Source of the DNA: an uncultured bacterium
GTDB lineage: Bacteria; Omnitrophota; Omnitrophia; Omnitrophales; Abzuiibacteriaceae
Length of the DNA: 64,000 bases
Assembly (NCBI GenBank): GCA_964387845.1
Contig: CAYLXA010000003.1
Location: forward strand, 64,001 to 128,000
Reading direction: 5' to 3'
This document shows positions 8,868 through 22,700 of the stretch, one piece after another. Below the pieces are notes generated by a model. That model had not been told where the DNA came from, made no database searches, and saw nothing but the letters and a program-made list of their open reading frames with translations. The stretch's first letter is position 1. Each line of letters opens with the position of its first letter. The translations under genes and the position numbers were made by a program.

Positions 8868-9227
8868 TTAACGTCCTGTCCAGCCAAAATCCCCGAGCGT
8901 ACACTGACTCACCGGCTCTGTCGGTGACGGCGGGAGCCAAAACAAAATTACTTCCCCAGCGCCCTGGAATAATCTTAGGAAAAAATAGCCGAACCCTTTT
9001 CCGATTCCGCTTACAACATCCGGCTCTTTAAACGGCTGAACAAATATTTCCGCCCAGCTGAGACCGATATTGGTGATACCGCGCGTGAGTTTTCCCGGTG
9101 CGCTAACGGCCCAATTGCGCGATTCAGCGATATTGCAAACCCCGCAGCTTCCCTGAGGCGCAGCAAGTGCAACCCCGGAACCGGCGGCCAGAATTAAAAC
9201 CAAAGCAATGGCGATAACTTTTTTCAT
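8868..9227 (-). CDS. small secreted protein (possibly exosortase-associated TIGR04073-like)
   Basis: Signal peptide; KLTRGITNIGLSWAEI resembles the KLxRGxxNxxxGWxEIP motif of that family (recalled from memory, tentative). Confidence 0.4.
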   Translation of the reverse strand: MKKVIAIALVLILAAGSGVALAAPQGSCGVCNIAESRNWAVSAPGKLTRGITNIGLSWAEIFVQPFKEPDVVSGIGKGFGYFFLRLFQGAGEVILFWLPPSPTEPVSQCTLGDFGWTGR

Positions 9228-9345
9228 GTGACTTTCCTCCTCGTGTGTTTTCCTCTTATTTGTCGGCGCAGGCAGCTTTAAAGTTTAAATTGATAACACC
9301 GATACATCAACAATCGGAAATTCGCATCTTCGGGAGGATGTGACC

Positions 9346-9822
9346 ATGACGATTCTAAAGTTCGTCCGCCGAAAAAGATCAAGCGGCATATACGGAGGCC
9401 TCGAAAAACGCAGGCATGAGCGGTTTTCCTTCGAACTTCCGCTTCGTTTTCAATCCGCAGGGCCCGAATCTCACGGCCCGCTTCAAATGGGAAAAGCCAG
9501 AGACGTCAGCCAGGGCGGCATGTTGTTTAAGGCCGTTAATCCACTTGCCCGCAAAACAACCGTTTTAATTGACCCCAATACCAAGCTGCTTTCCAAATTA
9601 ATCCGGATCGAAAAGGAACTTGTCACAATCGGCGGGAAAATTTTGGCGCGCGTCATGCGCACACATCTGAATCTTAATAATGGCTTGTTCGAAATCGGTG
9701 TGGAGTTTGTGAAAGTTAATGCAAAAGAAAAGAAATTTGAAGAAGAATCTGTCCGGGAAATCGGACAAAAGTTAGAAACCAAGCACAACCGTTTAGACAA
9801 ACGACGGTTTGGGTTTGCCTGA
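9346..9822 (+). CDS. PilZ-domain protein (c-di-GMP effector)
   Basis: RRHERF...DVSQGGMLF matches the RxxxR...D/NxSxGG PilZ motifs; SD gggagga before the ATG at 9346. Confidence 0.6.
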   Translation: MTILKFVRRKRSSGIYGGLEKRRHERFSFELPLRFQSAGPESHGPLQMGKARDVSQGGMLFKAVNPLARKTTVLIDPNTKLLSKLIRIEKELVTIGGKILARVMRTHLNLNNGLFEIGVEFVKVNAKEKKFEEESVREIGQKLETKHNRLDKRRFGFA

Positions 9823-10632
9823 AATAATTTTGTTTTTCTGTGCCAGTTGAAATAGTTTTTTAATTGCCGCCTTGCCCTTCTTTCCCATTTCAACCGTATA
9901 ATCGTTCACATACATGCCGACAAACTTGTCGTTCAAATCCGGTTTTAAGCCGCGGCCGAACTTAATTGCGTAATCGAGTGCGGGTTTTCGGTTTTCAAGC
10001 CCGTGGACAATGCTTTCTTTAAAAATCTTCGATATCTTTTTTACTTTGTCTTTCCCGAGATTTTTCCGGACCACATCAACACCTAAAGGCAGAGGCAATT
10101 TGGTTTTCTTCCACCACCACTCGCCTAAATCGACGATTTTGTAGAGTTTTTTATCTTTATAAGTTAACTGGCCTTCATGAATTACAACGCCGGCATCGAC
10201 TTTGCCCTTCGCGACAAAATCCAAAATCTGGTCAAACGGAACAATCTGCGTTTCCACATCTTTTTTGAACAATTTGAGGACAAGTGCTGCGGTCGTGAGA
10301 ATCCCGGGAATCGCAACTATTTTTCCGGAAAGCTCGGATGGTTTCATGGGTTTTTTAGAAATTATGATGGGCCCGTATTTATCACCGATACTCGCTCCGG
10401 CACGCATAACGGAATAATGATTCGTCAGATAGGCATACGCGTGAACCGAAACGGCTGTGGCTTCAAGCTCGGCTTTGAGCGCGCGCTGATTCAGGGATTC
10501 GATATCTTCCACCACGTGATCAATTTGGAGGCCATGTGTATCGATCTTATCCTTCGCGATTGCGTAAAACATAAACGCATCGTCAGGATCCGGCGAATGG
10601 CCAAAGCGTATCTTGGTTTCAGCAATTTTCAT
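9793..10632 (-). CDS. mqnD: 1,4-dihydroxy-6-naphthoate synthase-like (futalosine pathway, MqnA/MqnD family)
   Basis: HSPDPDDAFMFYA (cf. SPCPNDTF), DIESLN and GDKYGPIII motifs of the VitK2_biosynth family. Confidence 0.6.
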   Translation of the reverse strand: MKIAETKIRFGHSPDPDDAFMFYAIAKDKIDTHGLQIDHVVEDIESLNQRALKAELEATAVSVHAYAYLTNHYSVMRAGASIGDKYGPIIISKKPMKPSELSGKIVAIPGILTTAALVLKLFKKDVETQIVPFDQILDFVAKGKVDAGVVIHEGQLTYKDKKLYKIVDLGEWWWKKTKLPLPLGVDVVRKNLGKDKVKKISKIFKESIVHGLENRKPALDYAIKFGRGLKPDLNDKFVGMYVNDYTVEMGKKGKAAIKKLFQLAQKNKIISGKPKPSFV

Positions 10633-10659
10633 AGGAGAGGCGTTATATCACGGTTTCCA

Positions 10660-10730
10660 TTTTCGATCTAGTGGTAAGTGATAAGTTGGTCGATTAACTT
10701 ATCACTTATGACTTAGCACTTACCACTGAA
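10660..10730. repeat. palindromic repeat family 1 copy, terminator-like, after the giant gene
   Basis: agtggtaagtgataagtt...aacttatcacttatgacttagcacttaccact; shares GGTAAGTG / GATAAGTT / TCGATT with 8789-8866. Confidence 0.55.
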
Positions 10731-10731
10731 A

Positions 10732-13700
10732 TTACGCCGCTTTTCCAAGTACGGCGCGGCTAAAGAGCGTATGCATGAGTGAGCTGATAAATTCCGAGCT
10801 CGGATCGATCACGTCGCCCAACGAACGGAAATTGAACGAATCATTATGAGCGATTAGAAGCTGCGCAGCCTCAACGGCTCCCGGTCGGCCCAAAACTTTT
10901 GGAATATCACGCCGCGTGAGTTTTGAGAATAAATCGTGCTCGCCAATGGCCACAATCCGAGTCGTATCGCCTTTTGCATTGAGTTCATGTTTTAAGCGGT
11001 CGATTAAAATATTGTACGCTTGATCCGCCGAAAGTTCGCGGCCGACACTCAAACGCTCGCGCGTATAAAGCTGCAAGCGCGATCTTTGCCCGCTTTGCTT
11101 GCCAAAAATGTCGGCGTTTGGAAATAACTCTTCAACAGCCCTTTCGGCAACAAATGTGTTATCAAATTCGGAAGCGACAACCGAAAATTCGATTTTTGAA
11201 CCGGGATTTGCACTCATATCCGCCAAAATCGCTTCGCGCAATTCCGAACGGTTCTTCAATTCCTCAAACGAGATTACAATATTCCCCTTCACGTTTGACG
11301 GAATGCTTGCTTGATTCGCTTCACGCCTCAATTCAGACCGGGATTCTTGAGTTTCACCAAAAACCGCCTTAAGTCGATCCAAATATTGTGTCCGGTAAGC
11401 GCCCTCCGGAAAGTCTTCCAACTCGTCGGGATGGCTGCGGGCGGCGTCTGCTTCCTGTTCGACCTCATCGCCAACCCGTTCATCCTCTAAATATTCTTTG
11501 ATCACCTTCGTGGCCGCTTCAAGCTGTGCTTGGGTAATTCCCAATCGTTTAGGTGCTTCCAAATAAATTGCGATCGGTGTTTCATATATTGTGAAAAGCG
11601 TGGTGGCGGTTATCCGGCTTGAAAAATGATTCGCCGGATTATTTTCTTCACCAATCCAATAACGGACACCTGCCTCGATCAAAGGCAGTGTCAAGCCGAG
11701 CAATATTCGGCTTGGGCCTTCATGCAAGCCGGCAGCGTGATTTAAAACTGCGTGTTCAAGATGAAAAGAACTGTTGTCCAAACGGCTTTCAAAATGATCT
11801 TTAAATTCATTCCGGATATGCTCGATCAATGCCTCATCGCTTGTGCGCAATTCAGAGCGGGATTCGTCCTTTCGTACAAGAGCGCTCTTCCAGCCTCTTG
11901 ATTTTTGGCCGTCAGCGCCAACCGCCATCAGCATGTTGCCAAGTTCGTACGTTTGTAAATTGGTCCTGCCAAATACAGCATTTGTTAAAATTTTTACTTG
12001 CACACTTTTATCTTCGATTTCTGAAATTACTTTTAAGATTGGATTAGCATTGGTTAAAGCATCTTTAATGATCCACCTCGCTAAATATTTTGGAAACTTT
12101 AAGAAAAATTCTTCTTGTTCCAGAAAAGTCAAATCAGAAAATTTTTCATCCAAAATTCTGATCAATTCATCCGTTGTTTTGACCTCGCCAAATCTTGGCC
12201 AAGCCGGGAAGTTTTCCTGAATAAATTCTTGTATTTTTAAAACTCTTTGTGCATCGTTAGAAAATTTTTGTCCTTTTGTTGCTTCTGAGATTAACTGATT
12301 TGTCAGAAGGCGTGGATTTTCTATTTGATATAAATTCGAAATTTGAATTCTTTCATCTTTGGATAATTCCGATATTTTCTGCCGAAGACGGCGTTCTAAA
12401 TCCATATCTTTTTCAGGATCAATAAAGGGCAATTCGTAGAATGAGGCGTCTGCTAAATCAGGATGATGACGGGTTAAATAAGTCAGTAAAATATCTTGGA
12501 TGCTTCTGTTTTCCAAAGGTACGTTGCCATCGCCAAATTCCCGCACTAAGAGTTCTTTTTTATTTGAATCACCAGATATTAATAATCTATTCGAGGCATC
12601 AATAAAAACTTCCGGAATAATTCCGGGGAATGCGAGAACAATCTCTCGTCCTTGCCGGAAACTATTCGGCTGAAATTTTTCCTGTGCCCAATCCGGAATA
12701 TCAGTTCTTCCCCAAAGTCCGCCTGCTTCACCCATAAAATCCCGTTTTAATTCTCTTTCTAAAGACTCAAATGAAACACCAGCGCGCAAAAGCCAGCTTA
12801 ATTTGGTCCGCGCTTTCGAGAAAGTCATGTGATAAGGAATATTAATGGCGCCTGATTGCGAAACATTTGAAACAACAGGGATTTTCTTCCTTTTCAAACT
12901 TTGAATAGTAGCCCTGATATATTCGATCTCGGGGTTCTTTGAAAAATCGCCCTGGATAACAAGTCCTGCCCGAACGCCGGCTTGCTCTGCGTGCCGCTCG
13001 ATTCGATTGCCGGCTTGAAAGAGCACCAGCGCAGGCGTTGTTTCATCTATAAGCAAATGCTCAACATAACCAAATTCTTCATTTTTATGAAACTTTGGTT
13101 GTTTTTCTAGATTGGCCAATTTGCTGCTTACTGTTTGTAAGAAATCCATATCGAAACTGATATTTCCCTTGGAATCAACGGCGCCGATTGCTTTTCCATA
13201 ACTAGCAAAAAGACTCCCTTTTGAAGACGAGTCCGTTCTGATCTTCGAAATAAGACTTCCGAGATAGATTTGACTGTCAATGACAACATAGACCAAATTT
13301 GGAATATCTGTACGTTTTGCAACTTCTTCAGCTGCTTTCAAATTTAATATCTTTTCCTTTTCATTAACCGTGGAAGATCCTGTTAAAACAATTCGTGTCG
13401 GTAATGATCCATCAAATTCAAGCGAAAGAACCAGGCCTGTTTCTGCCAAGGTGTCGGTTCCGTGCGTGAGGATAATTCCACCCATTTCTCTTTGAGAAAC
13501 CTTGATCTCTTCGGCTAATGTCGTCTTCCTCGAGATTTCATCTTTGATATGATCAATTATTTTTTCCCATTCTTTCGGGCCAATATTCGTACTATCCGGA
13601 TTTTTATCGAAAACACTTTTGTAAAAAACAGTATTCTTTAAATGCGTTAATAAAACTCTTACCGCATCAACAGTCTTCCGCGCAAATTCGCCGATCATAT

Positions 13701-16700
13701 CAATCGTTCCGCCGGCATTTAAGATTGAAACGCCGGACAATTCTTTCTGAAGTTCTGCAATACTTTGCCCGCTGCGCAATTCGGATCTCACGTTTTCTTC
13801 AACCGGCTCTTCGGCATTCGGCTCATCGAGCTGTTTCAAGACGCGGTTTGTGGTAGCAATCGAATCTTCAAAAACGCCCAGCTCTTCCTTCGCTTTTTTC
13901 AATTCTAATAATTCCCTTGCCTGATCTTCAGGAAGTTCGACAATCCGGTCTTTGATTTCCAAAATCTTTTCAAGTCTGTCCGGACTAACGCCCAGCGCTT
14001 TCCTTAAAAATGCGGAATCTTTTAAATAATCAAAGAGCTTTTCGACCGCTTTGGCCATATCAAAAGGAGGAAGGATTTTGATGTATTGATCAATGTCGGG
14101 TGTTTTGTTTTCCCATGCATCTTTCAAGATCGTCACATTCTGGACTATTTTTTTCTTCGTTCCCTTTCCTCCCTTCACCGGAGCATCCACAATCTTGGGT
14201 GCCAATTCGATGCCGGTTAAACGAGCTATTTCCGGCATCCTGGATTCTTTGTTATAAAGCTCTTTTCTAACCCGGTAAGGCAGCCGCATAACCAGATCTG
14301 CATGAATACGAGCTCTTAATAGTGCTTTATACTCAGGGCTTCCGAATTCAATCGGTTTTTCGGGTTCAGGCTCTTGCGTGACAGAGGAATTTTCGAATGA
14401 ATCGACTAATGGGGTTTTTCCTATGATCGCCCGGGGTATCTCCAAACGCCTATTCGTTACCGCTGCCTGGCGAGCGTTTTTAGGTAAAAATTTATCGGCG
14501 AAATGCGGCGGATACGGATCCGCATTAAGTTCTAGAACCGTTTCGCGCCTAATCCCATAAATTAAATCTGAAGTCACATTCAATATTCTCGCCAACTTGC
14601 CCACTAATCTAGTAACTTCGGTGAATTTGACTTGTTTACTCCCGGAAAGCACTGCGTGAACATGCCCATAGGTTTCTTGTATTTGATTAAAAAGCTCGCT
14701 GGTAGTGATATGAGTAATGCCTCTTGCTTCAACAATGATTCTAATTCTGTCCCAATATGTCAAACTTGGATCAAACAAAGATTCGATAATGGCTGGCGTA
14801 AGAGCATAAATCGTCCATTGATCAACCGGAGATGCTCTTTCAATTTCCGAGACAAATGGTGGTTGCTGTTCTGGTTGGGGCGCTTCGGAAGCAGTTTCTG
14901 GAGTACTATCAATGTTTTTTAGCATTTCCGACAATCTAAGCGGCAACATTTCTTCTGCAGTTTCTTCTATCGTACCCGTCAGGGGTTGTTCTTCTGTTTC
15001 TGAGGGTTTAGCTTCAGTCAAAACTTCTTGTTTTACCAACTCAAGTTCTTGCTCGGTAGTCAAACCCAATCGTATGGAAAACTGTTCAAAGAGCATGATT
15101 TCTGGCCCTAAGATCCTTCTGATTTCTTTACCCTCTTCGCTTTCAGGAGTGTGGAGCAATTGTGCAAACTCCAAAGTATCTACTAACACTTCCCGGCTGG
15201 CAATACGCGGCCCCCCAAATGCGGGGTTGGTCGGCGGTACAAACAATAAACCTCGGTCAATCATATGCTGCAATGCTTCACCCATACGGGCTCCGCCGAT
15301 CGTGGTACCGAGCCGCGGATGCCAAACGACGTCCTGCGATTGGCCTTCCGATTTCGTATAAATTTCTTCCCAAAGAATCAATGCAATCAAGAGAGGCGCC
15401 ATTATCCTGCCTTTGTTCGGCCCGCTTTTGTATTTGAAAAGAACGTCGGGATCCTTCAGTAAAGTATCGGGAAGCAGATATTCTTTCACTGAAAATTTCA
15501 AATATTCTTTCAATGCGGCTTGATCCACGGAAAGATTTTCAAACGGTTGGTCTGGATTTCTGTTTAAGATTGCTTCTTCAATTTTTTTGCGAACCTCCGC
15601 ACCCATTTCATGATCAACTTCGAGCTGATTTTTGCTGTTAAACAATGATTCAAAATCCAACCCCACATGATTCGTGTATTCAGACATAGCTTCTACTTGC
15701 CATGGCTCTAGCTTTTCTGAAAGCCATTCGTGCACTTGCCCTACTCGAATGGTAACGTCCCGGTATTTTTCATCAGAATAAATTTGGTCAACTAATTTGC
15801 TAATTTCTTGAGGGTCTTCTTCTTTGATTGTCTTGAAAAATAAGTTTTCAAGATCGGCATCTCCCGTCAAATGATGAAGCAGCATATACCGAAGAATTGT
15901 TTTTTGCGTATTGCCTGCAAACCGCATTCCTCTCACAGTATCTGAATCCCTCATCTTAGTAATCGCTTTCATGGAGGAGCGCCGGATATTACCATGCATG
16001 CGCTCGACTGCCTGGCGATTAAGTCCGAAAATCAAATAAAGATCGATGATCATAAGCTGGGTTTCAACTGGAAGAGCTCCGCTTTGCTCGAAGCTTCTCT
16101 CAACAGCTTTATCAATCAATCCAATTTGACCTTCAATCAACAAATGTGTACGCCGGCTCGAATCCATCATCGATTTCAAAAGCTTCAATCGGTGGCCTTC
16201 GGCTAACGCTAAATCACGAAATTCGATCTGAAGCGTTGTGCTGCGATTCATTTCTATCTGGCGTGAAAAAACTTTGTCCAGTTTTTCAAACGCTTTTTCC
16301 AAGTCTATCTTTGCCTGGCCGATCAACTCTTCCGCAAGCTCCGGTTCGACTTGATCCACCAAGTGATCGGCTTGGTTTAGTTTTGCTTTTGCCTGGCCTA
16401 AATAATATTTAAACCATTGCTTATAAACTTGGGTTGAAATGTCTTCATAGATAGAACGTAAACGCCAATAAGCTTCTCCCCATTTGCTGGATGTTTGGCT
16501 CTCTTTAAATGAATCATCGTCCAAGAATGTTTTTACGGTTACGGCAACCTTCATCATGGTTTCGTAAAATAAATTAATTCTTGCTTGTTGAATGGAAATA
16601 TCCGATGCGCCGGATAGTGACTTGAAGTCTTTGTGCAAACGCCCGTAAACAGGAGATGTTCTGCTTTCAAAAAATATAGACTCTTTATTTTTAATATCCA

Positions 16701-19700
16701 AAAGAGAAAGCAAAACATCCAACTTTTTTAAGACGGTGTTGAGATGTCTGTTTTGAAGAATGGGCGGGATTCTGGCCGTTAAAGCATGGGCGCCTTCCAA
16801 CCATGAATAAAACGCATTCCGCTCATCAGAAGTTCCCATTAAATCGATAAATTCATCTAATTCCTTTTTTAACTTTACCAAGCTATCAAAGTGGCGAACC
16901 AGGTCGGAATTCTTCAAATCCGAAAGAAATGCATCTAGAAAAGCAGATGATTGAGACGCTATTTTCAACTGCTCTTCAAGTTTCGCCCGGCTTTCGGCAG
17001 TATTTTCGGAGGCCAATGCAGTCAAGGCAGTTTGGCGTAAAGCAGAAATGGATTCTACCTCGATAAACTTTTTGGCCAACTCGTCAATTTTCTGGATTCT
17101 CTGAATAATTTTTTCACTGCGGGTTTTCCGAACAAAAGAAACGGTTTCATTTTCATTTGATTTAACAATCAAATTTAAAATTAACGGCAGGGCTTCCTTT
17201 CTGAAGAATTTGCCCACGATTTTCCGGATCTCATCCAGTTTTTCTGACCGTCCTTTTTCCGGATTATTGGCAAGTTGATTAATGCTCAAAATTCCTTCGT
17301 CAACTTCAAGAAGCCACGAAAATACAGTTTCTATTTCACTTGCGGTGCCTAGATCAGAAATAAATTTTTCAAACCGGCTTTGGATTTCTCTCAGTTTGTG
17401 ATAAGCATCCCTGTTCTCACTTTCGGTAAGACCGTCAAATATTTTTTTCAGAATTTCAAAAGATTTTCTTGCTTCCGATCCAATATTTTTAAGATCTTCA
17501 AACCCTGCAAACGCCGTTTCGATGTCGAATTCCCCGTCACTTGAAGCAGGAATTAATTTGGATAAAACAAATGAGTCTAGATCGGAAAACCATGCGTCTG
17601 AAAAAAATGCTGCATATTGGGGCGCTGCGGCCGCATAAGTAGTTTTGCTGCGTGTGATTTGAGACAGTAATAAATTCCCGCGGCTATTCGCTGATTTCCA
17701 GCTGTTCATATTCATGCTTTCAAGCGAACGCAATTCTGATTTCTTGCTTTCAGCCGCATTCAACGTTTCGGCAATGAACGTTTTCATTACGCGATAGACA
17801 TATTCGGTTTGCTCTTGGGTAGGTTCGCTATTAAGAAAACGATCATAGAATTTGGCGGGATCCGAACCGCGCGGGTAAGCCTGTGAATAAGACAAAAGCC
17901 AGGCGCCAATAATAGATTGTCTAAACGTTGGAAGAGGAAGTTTTTTTAATTGTACGCCGCGGAGGCCGATGTTGACGAAAATAGCCGGCACATTTGCATC
18001 AAATTCTTTCCAACGGCGAAGGCGATGAATCGGCGCAAACCGGTCAAGCTCGCCCTTCCAAGGAATATAATCAATCTTCAAATCCTGCCCGTCGACCGTA
18101 ATTTTTTTCAAATCTTTGAGCAATTCCATAGCTTTAGAAGTGGCAATAATGCGGATCGGAGCGCGCGTTTCGCGAGGGCGTCTTTCCATAAACGTGATAT
18201 GCCAATCCATCATAAACGGAATATCGGGAAATTTTTGATGCAGGACCTGCATGAATTTTTCTCCGATTGGCGCCGGAATAGATTCAAAATTAGGCTGTGA
18301 ATCCGGTTTAATCTCGGCTATCAATTCTTCCGAAAATGCAGCCAACATTTTTTTGAATAACTTGTCCCGCTCTCCATGAAATTCGAGACGTTTTTGAAAA
18401 TCTGCGGCGCCTGCCGACATTTTTCGTTTCGTGCTCAAGCGCCGCTTTTTTCTTTCAGAAGGCCAATCTTTTTCTGCGTCATTTGTGATACGCTTTTGAA
18501 CAATATGCAGCAAGCGACTATTGATTTCATTACCGATTAAACCTTCCCGATCGGAAGCTTTGCTGAAATGAAAGTCGATCAAATTTAAACTGCTCTGGTC
18601 ATCACTTGTTTCAATTGCACGATCAATATCTTCTATCACTTTTTCCAATGTTTCAACAAACCACCGTTCTTTATCTTTGGAATATCGCTTTGACGCGGCC
18701 CCGTGCTCAAAAATTCTTCTCCCTTCTCTTCTATAAGCTTCGAGCATCCGCATAACACCCCGGTAAATCAAGTTGGTCTCGCCGACCGGCGTAAAAGACG
18801 ATCTCCACCTGCCGATTGCAGCATACCCGCCAAATTCTTGTTTCAAATCACGAATCATTGCTGCCGTGCGCTCCAAAGGATAATCACGATCAGTCAAGAT
18901 AAGCGGTGCTGTTCCTTCGGAGGATTTGACCGATTCCAGCAATTGAATTGCAGAACCAATGCTTTCCGGGAACAAATCTTCCGGAGCAAGCAGGCCCAGC
19001 TCAAACATGATTTGATTAAAAATGGTGCGCTGAGGGCCTCTCAGGCCTTTTATCCATGGATCTTTTTCGTAAATGGGCCGGATGCTTTTTGCGGTGATAT
19101 TGCCGTCTTCATCGCGATATTGATTGAATATATCGTTTTCGATTAAATATTCGATCGTGTTGTTTAAATAATCATACTGACGTAGCGTATCGGTCCATAA
19201 CAATAGAAGAAAAACAAGTTCGGGAGCCGGTTTTTGAAAGGGCATGAGCTGCTCGATTAATTCGTCGGATTCAAGAACTTTTCGGTAATAATCGACTAAA
19301 TTTTCAAATTTGGGATCTTTTATTTTATATTCTCCGCGATCAAACTTGCGAATAACTCTCCTAAGCACTATTCGAACGTCGTGCTTGAGCAGGGCTTCAT
19401 ACGCATACAACACACGTGATATTTTGTTGTCATAATCCCACGACGGATTTTTAGCAAAATCACTCTCGATCGCGATAAGGGTCCTAGCAATCAAACTTGC
19501 TGCATACATATTAGACCCCGGCAGCGGGTTGCCATACATGAGATCGGTTACATTTGGATGGACAATGTTTCCTGCGCGATCTGTCTCATCATTGGAAACA
19601 ACTTCATTGGGGAACACCTGATCCATAATAGCTTCACGGCTTCGAGTCCTCCGGTATTCTTCCCGTGCCCATTCTAAACGTTTTTTAAGTTGCCACCCTT

Positions 19701-22700
19701 TCGACCCTATTCCCAAAACAGACAACAACATCGCAATTGCATAATCCCGATAACCGACGTTTCCGACCATTTCAAACCGCAGCCTTGGATTGATTGCACG
19801 ATTCAGCCGGCGTACTACTTTTCGAAGAGAATGTTCATTTGCGTATTGAAACGCCGGAATTTTAAGTGCGATCGTGCTTGGAAGGCCCGCCTTCTCTTTA
19901 ATAGCACGCTCGTAATGATTTTCTTGCTCGTTTTCCGCTAATCCTGATAAAGCATGAAATATTTTCCTTTCGGCAGAATCCTCAGACTCCAAATAAGCAT
20001 GCCAAGCACGAGATTCAAATCGCCCCCACAAGTTTCCAAGTCCATGAAATTGGCTTTGAAATGCAAAAACCTGGCTTGCGCTCGCCATTTTATTTAGATG
20101 ATAACTGGCTTCGACAAGTTGACGATAAATATCGGGCAGGCCTTTTGAAGGCGTCATTTTGTACCGTTCTAGAGTTTCAAATGCGGCGTTCTTATGATAA
20201 TCAAAATAGAATTCGTGAATGCTTATGATTAACTCTCTGGTTTTTTCTTTAAAAACATCAATGGCGTGCGATTTCCCAAGCCCCATTGCGAGATCATAAA
20301 ACGATTGGAAGTACCGCGATAACCCCTCTGAGACTGCAAACCGGAGTCTCGCGTCGGTCTTGGATTTTTCGAGCAACGTATTTGTTATATCGCGAACAGG
20401 TTCAAAGAACACTTCCAACTTTGATTCGACGTTACTCTTTTTATTTCTTTTTGTACTGCCCTTTTTGATGTTGGCTGTCGCCAAACTAATTAAAAATTCT
20501 TGTGCGGTCTTTTGAGAAAAAGAATTGATGATGTGTTCCCACAAAAATATTGGTACTTTGATTTTAGATTTTGCACTCTGCACTAAATCTAAAAACATCC
20601 TTTCGGTCATTCTTTTATGATTGAAATTTTTTACGGGCAATACACGCACGCCGGGAATCGACTGAATTAAGAAATAGCTTTCTCTTTGGTCCTTATCTCC
20701 GCTTGTTTCTAACTTGCGGCTCGTAATGAGTTTGACTCTCGCAATAATTTTTAAGTCTGTTTGTTCTCCTCCGCGTGCAATCAAGAAACCATCTTCACGG
20801 CTTGGATTTAGTTTTATATCAAATTTTAAATCGTTTTGATTCTTTTCGCCGATGATCTGTTGGATTTTGTCCAAATCTTTCTGCCGATGCCATGCGGATC
20901 TGATTCCGACAAGAGAACCGCCCACCGATTCAACTCGCACTCTTGATATTTGTTTAGGGACAGATTCAACACGAATATGCATTGATTCGGTATTGCCATC
21001 CTCGTCAAAAACAACTGTAAATGTGCGACCGTGGCCAACTGAAACTAACTGCCGACCCACAAATCTTTTGGTACCAATCCGCTTCGCTTGAGAGATCAAT
21101 GCATCATCCGATCTGAGTTCAGACTTTTTTGTGGCCTGTCTTATTTCAAAATACTGCTGATAAAGTTCCTGAAAACTCGGCGTTTCCTGGATTTCAAGTT
21201 CGATTTCTCTAGCCATGTCCACTGCAGTGTCATTCAGAATATTTTCGTATGCACCAGCATCATAAGCTTTCTGTGAATCCTTACCGATTTCGTCCAGCCA
21301 TTTCCTCTCTGCCGGAATCCAGTCTTTATAATCATAAAAAATACTTTCGACATCCTCATAGGCCGTGAAGCGGATTAATTGTTTAAGAATAGCTAAAACC
21401 GCAGGGCTTACCGCAACGCTAATTGGAACATTGGCGTATTTACCTTTCATGTAGATTAAAAACAGCATGAACCGCCGCCAGCCAGCCATTTCGCCGCAGA
21501 TACTGACTTCCAACCCTGCCGCGCTCGCATGCTCAATGATTGTTTCGATCTTTTCAAGAAATGTGGAAAGCAATTCTGTGTACAATCTTCCGCCATATTC
21601 ACGGTCCCGGCCGAATGTTTGTTGCAATAAATCATTGGTGCCGATAGAAATAAAATCGACGTATTTCTTCTGTGCGATCACCGGAAGATTTTCAATGGCT
21701 TTGTTGGTTTCGATCATAATTCCGAACGGAATTTTGATCCGGAAGCGATTAAGATCGTGACGAAATTTTTCTAACTCCTGATCAAAGATAGTCCGGACAA
21801 ATATTACGTCATCCTCAGTTTGAACCATCGGTACAAATACTTTGACCGCAGATTCTCTTCCGGTTTCTCCTTCGGCGTGAAAATGCTCTGCAGCCATAAT
21901 GCTCGCGCGAATTGCCGCTCGAATTTGAGCTCTCAAGATCGGTTCGCCTTCCGTAGGATCCCTGTAAAGATCGAACCCGATTTTTGTATTCGTTTCTGAA
22001 ATGGCTGAAACAGGCTTGTCCAGCTGACGGTCTAACGTTCTTACCGCAAATGCGCCACGTAAGATAATCCTGCCCTGAGATAATATTTGAGTAAGATCGT
22101 CTTCATATTCTTTTATATTTGCTTCCCAGGATTCGTGGCGGTAGAAATGCGTAGGGAAATTGACTTCGGTTCGATAGAGCCGCACACCATCCGTATCTGC
22201 GGAAAGCTCTTGAATATGTTCAAGCGCATCCGCACTTCCGCTAACTTCCATCAACAGTGAAGCAACGCTGTCTTTCTTTGCAAACACAGGTTCTAGTGCG
22301 AGGGTTTTTGCCAATTGCAAATACGCTTCTTCCTTGACGATTTTCTGTTCATATTCGGCAGCATCTTTTTGTGAAGGATTGGCATGCAGCATTCCGTTTT
22401 CCCCGTCCGCATAAATGATTTGCCCTGACTTGATATCTGCAAACTTACCTAGTTTGGCCTTGAGCGCGGTAAGAACTAAGATCCCGTAATTAGCGCCGAC
22501 AATAACCCAATGTTCGGTGGGAGATCCAAACTCGGCTACAACCGCACCCAAATTTGGGTAAGCTTTTTTTAGACTTAAGAGAGTCGGCGCATTCATCGCT
22601 CCTGCCAAATACGGCTGTTCTTTTGAGACTTTTAAAATAACCACCAAATGATCAACTTTATCCGTCGTAAATTGCTGATCCGACACCAATTGCCGCGCCA

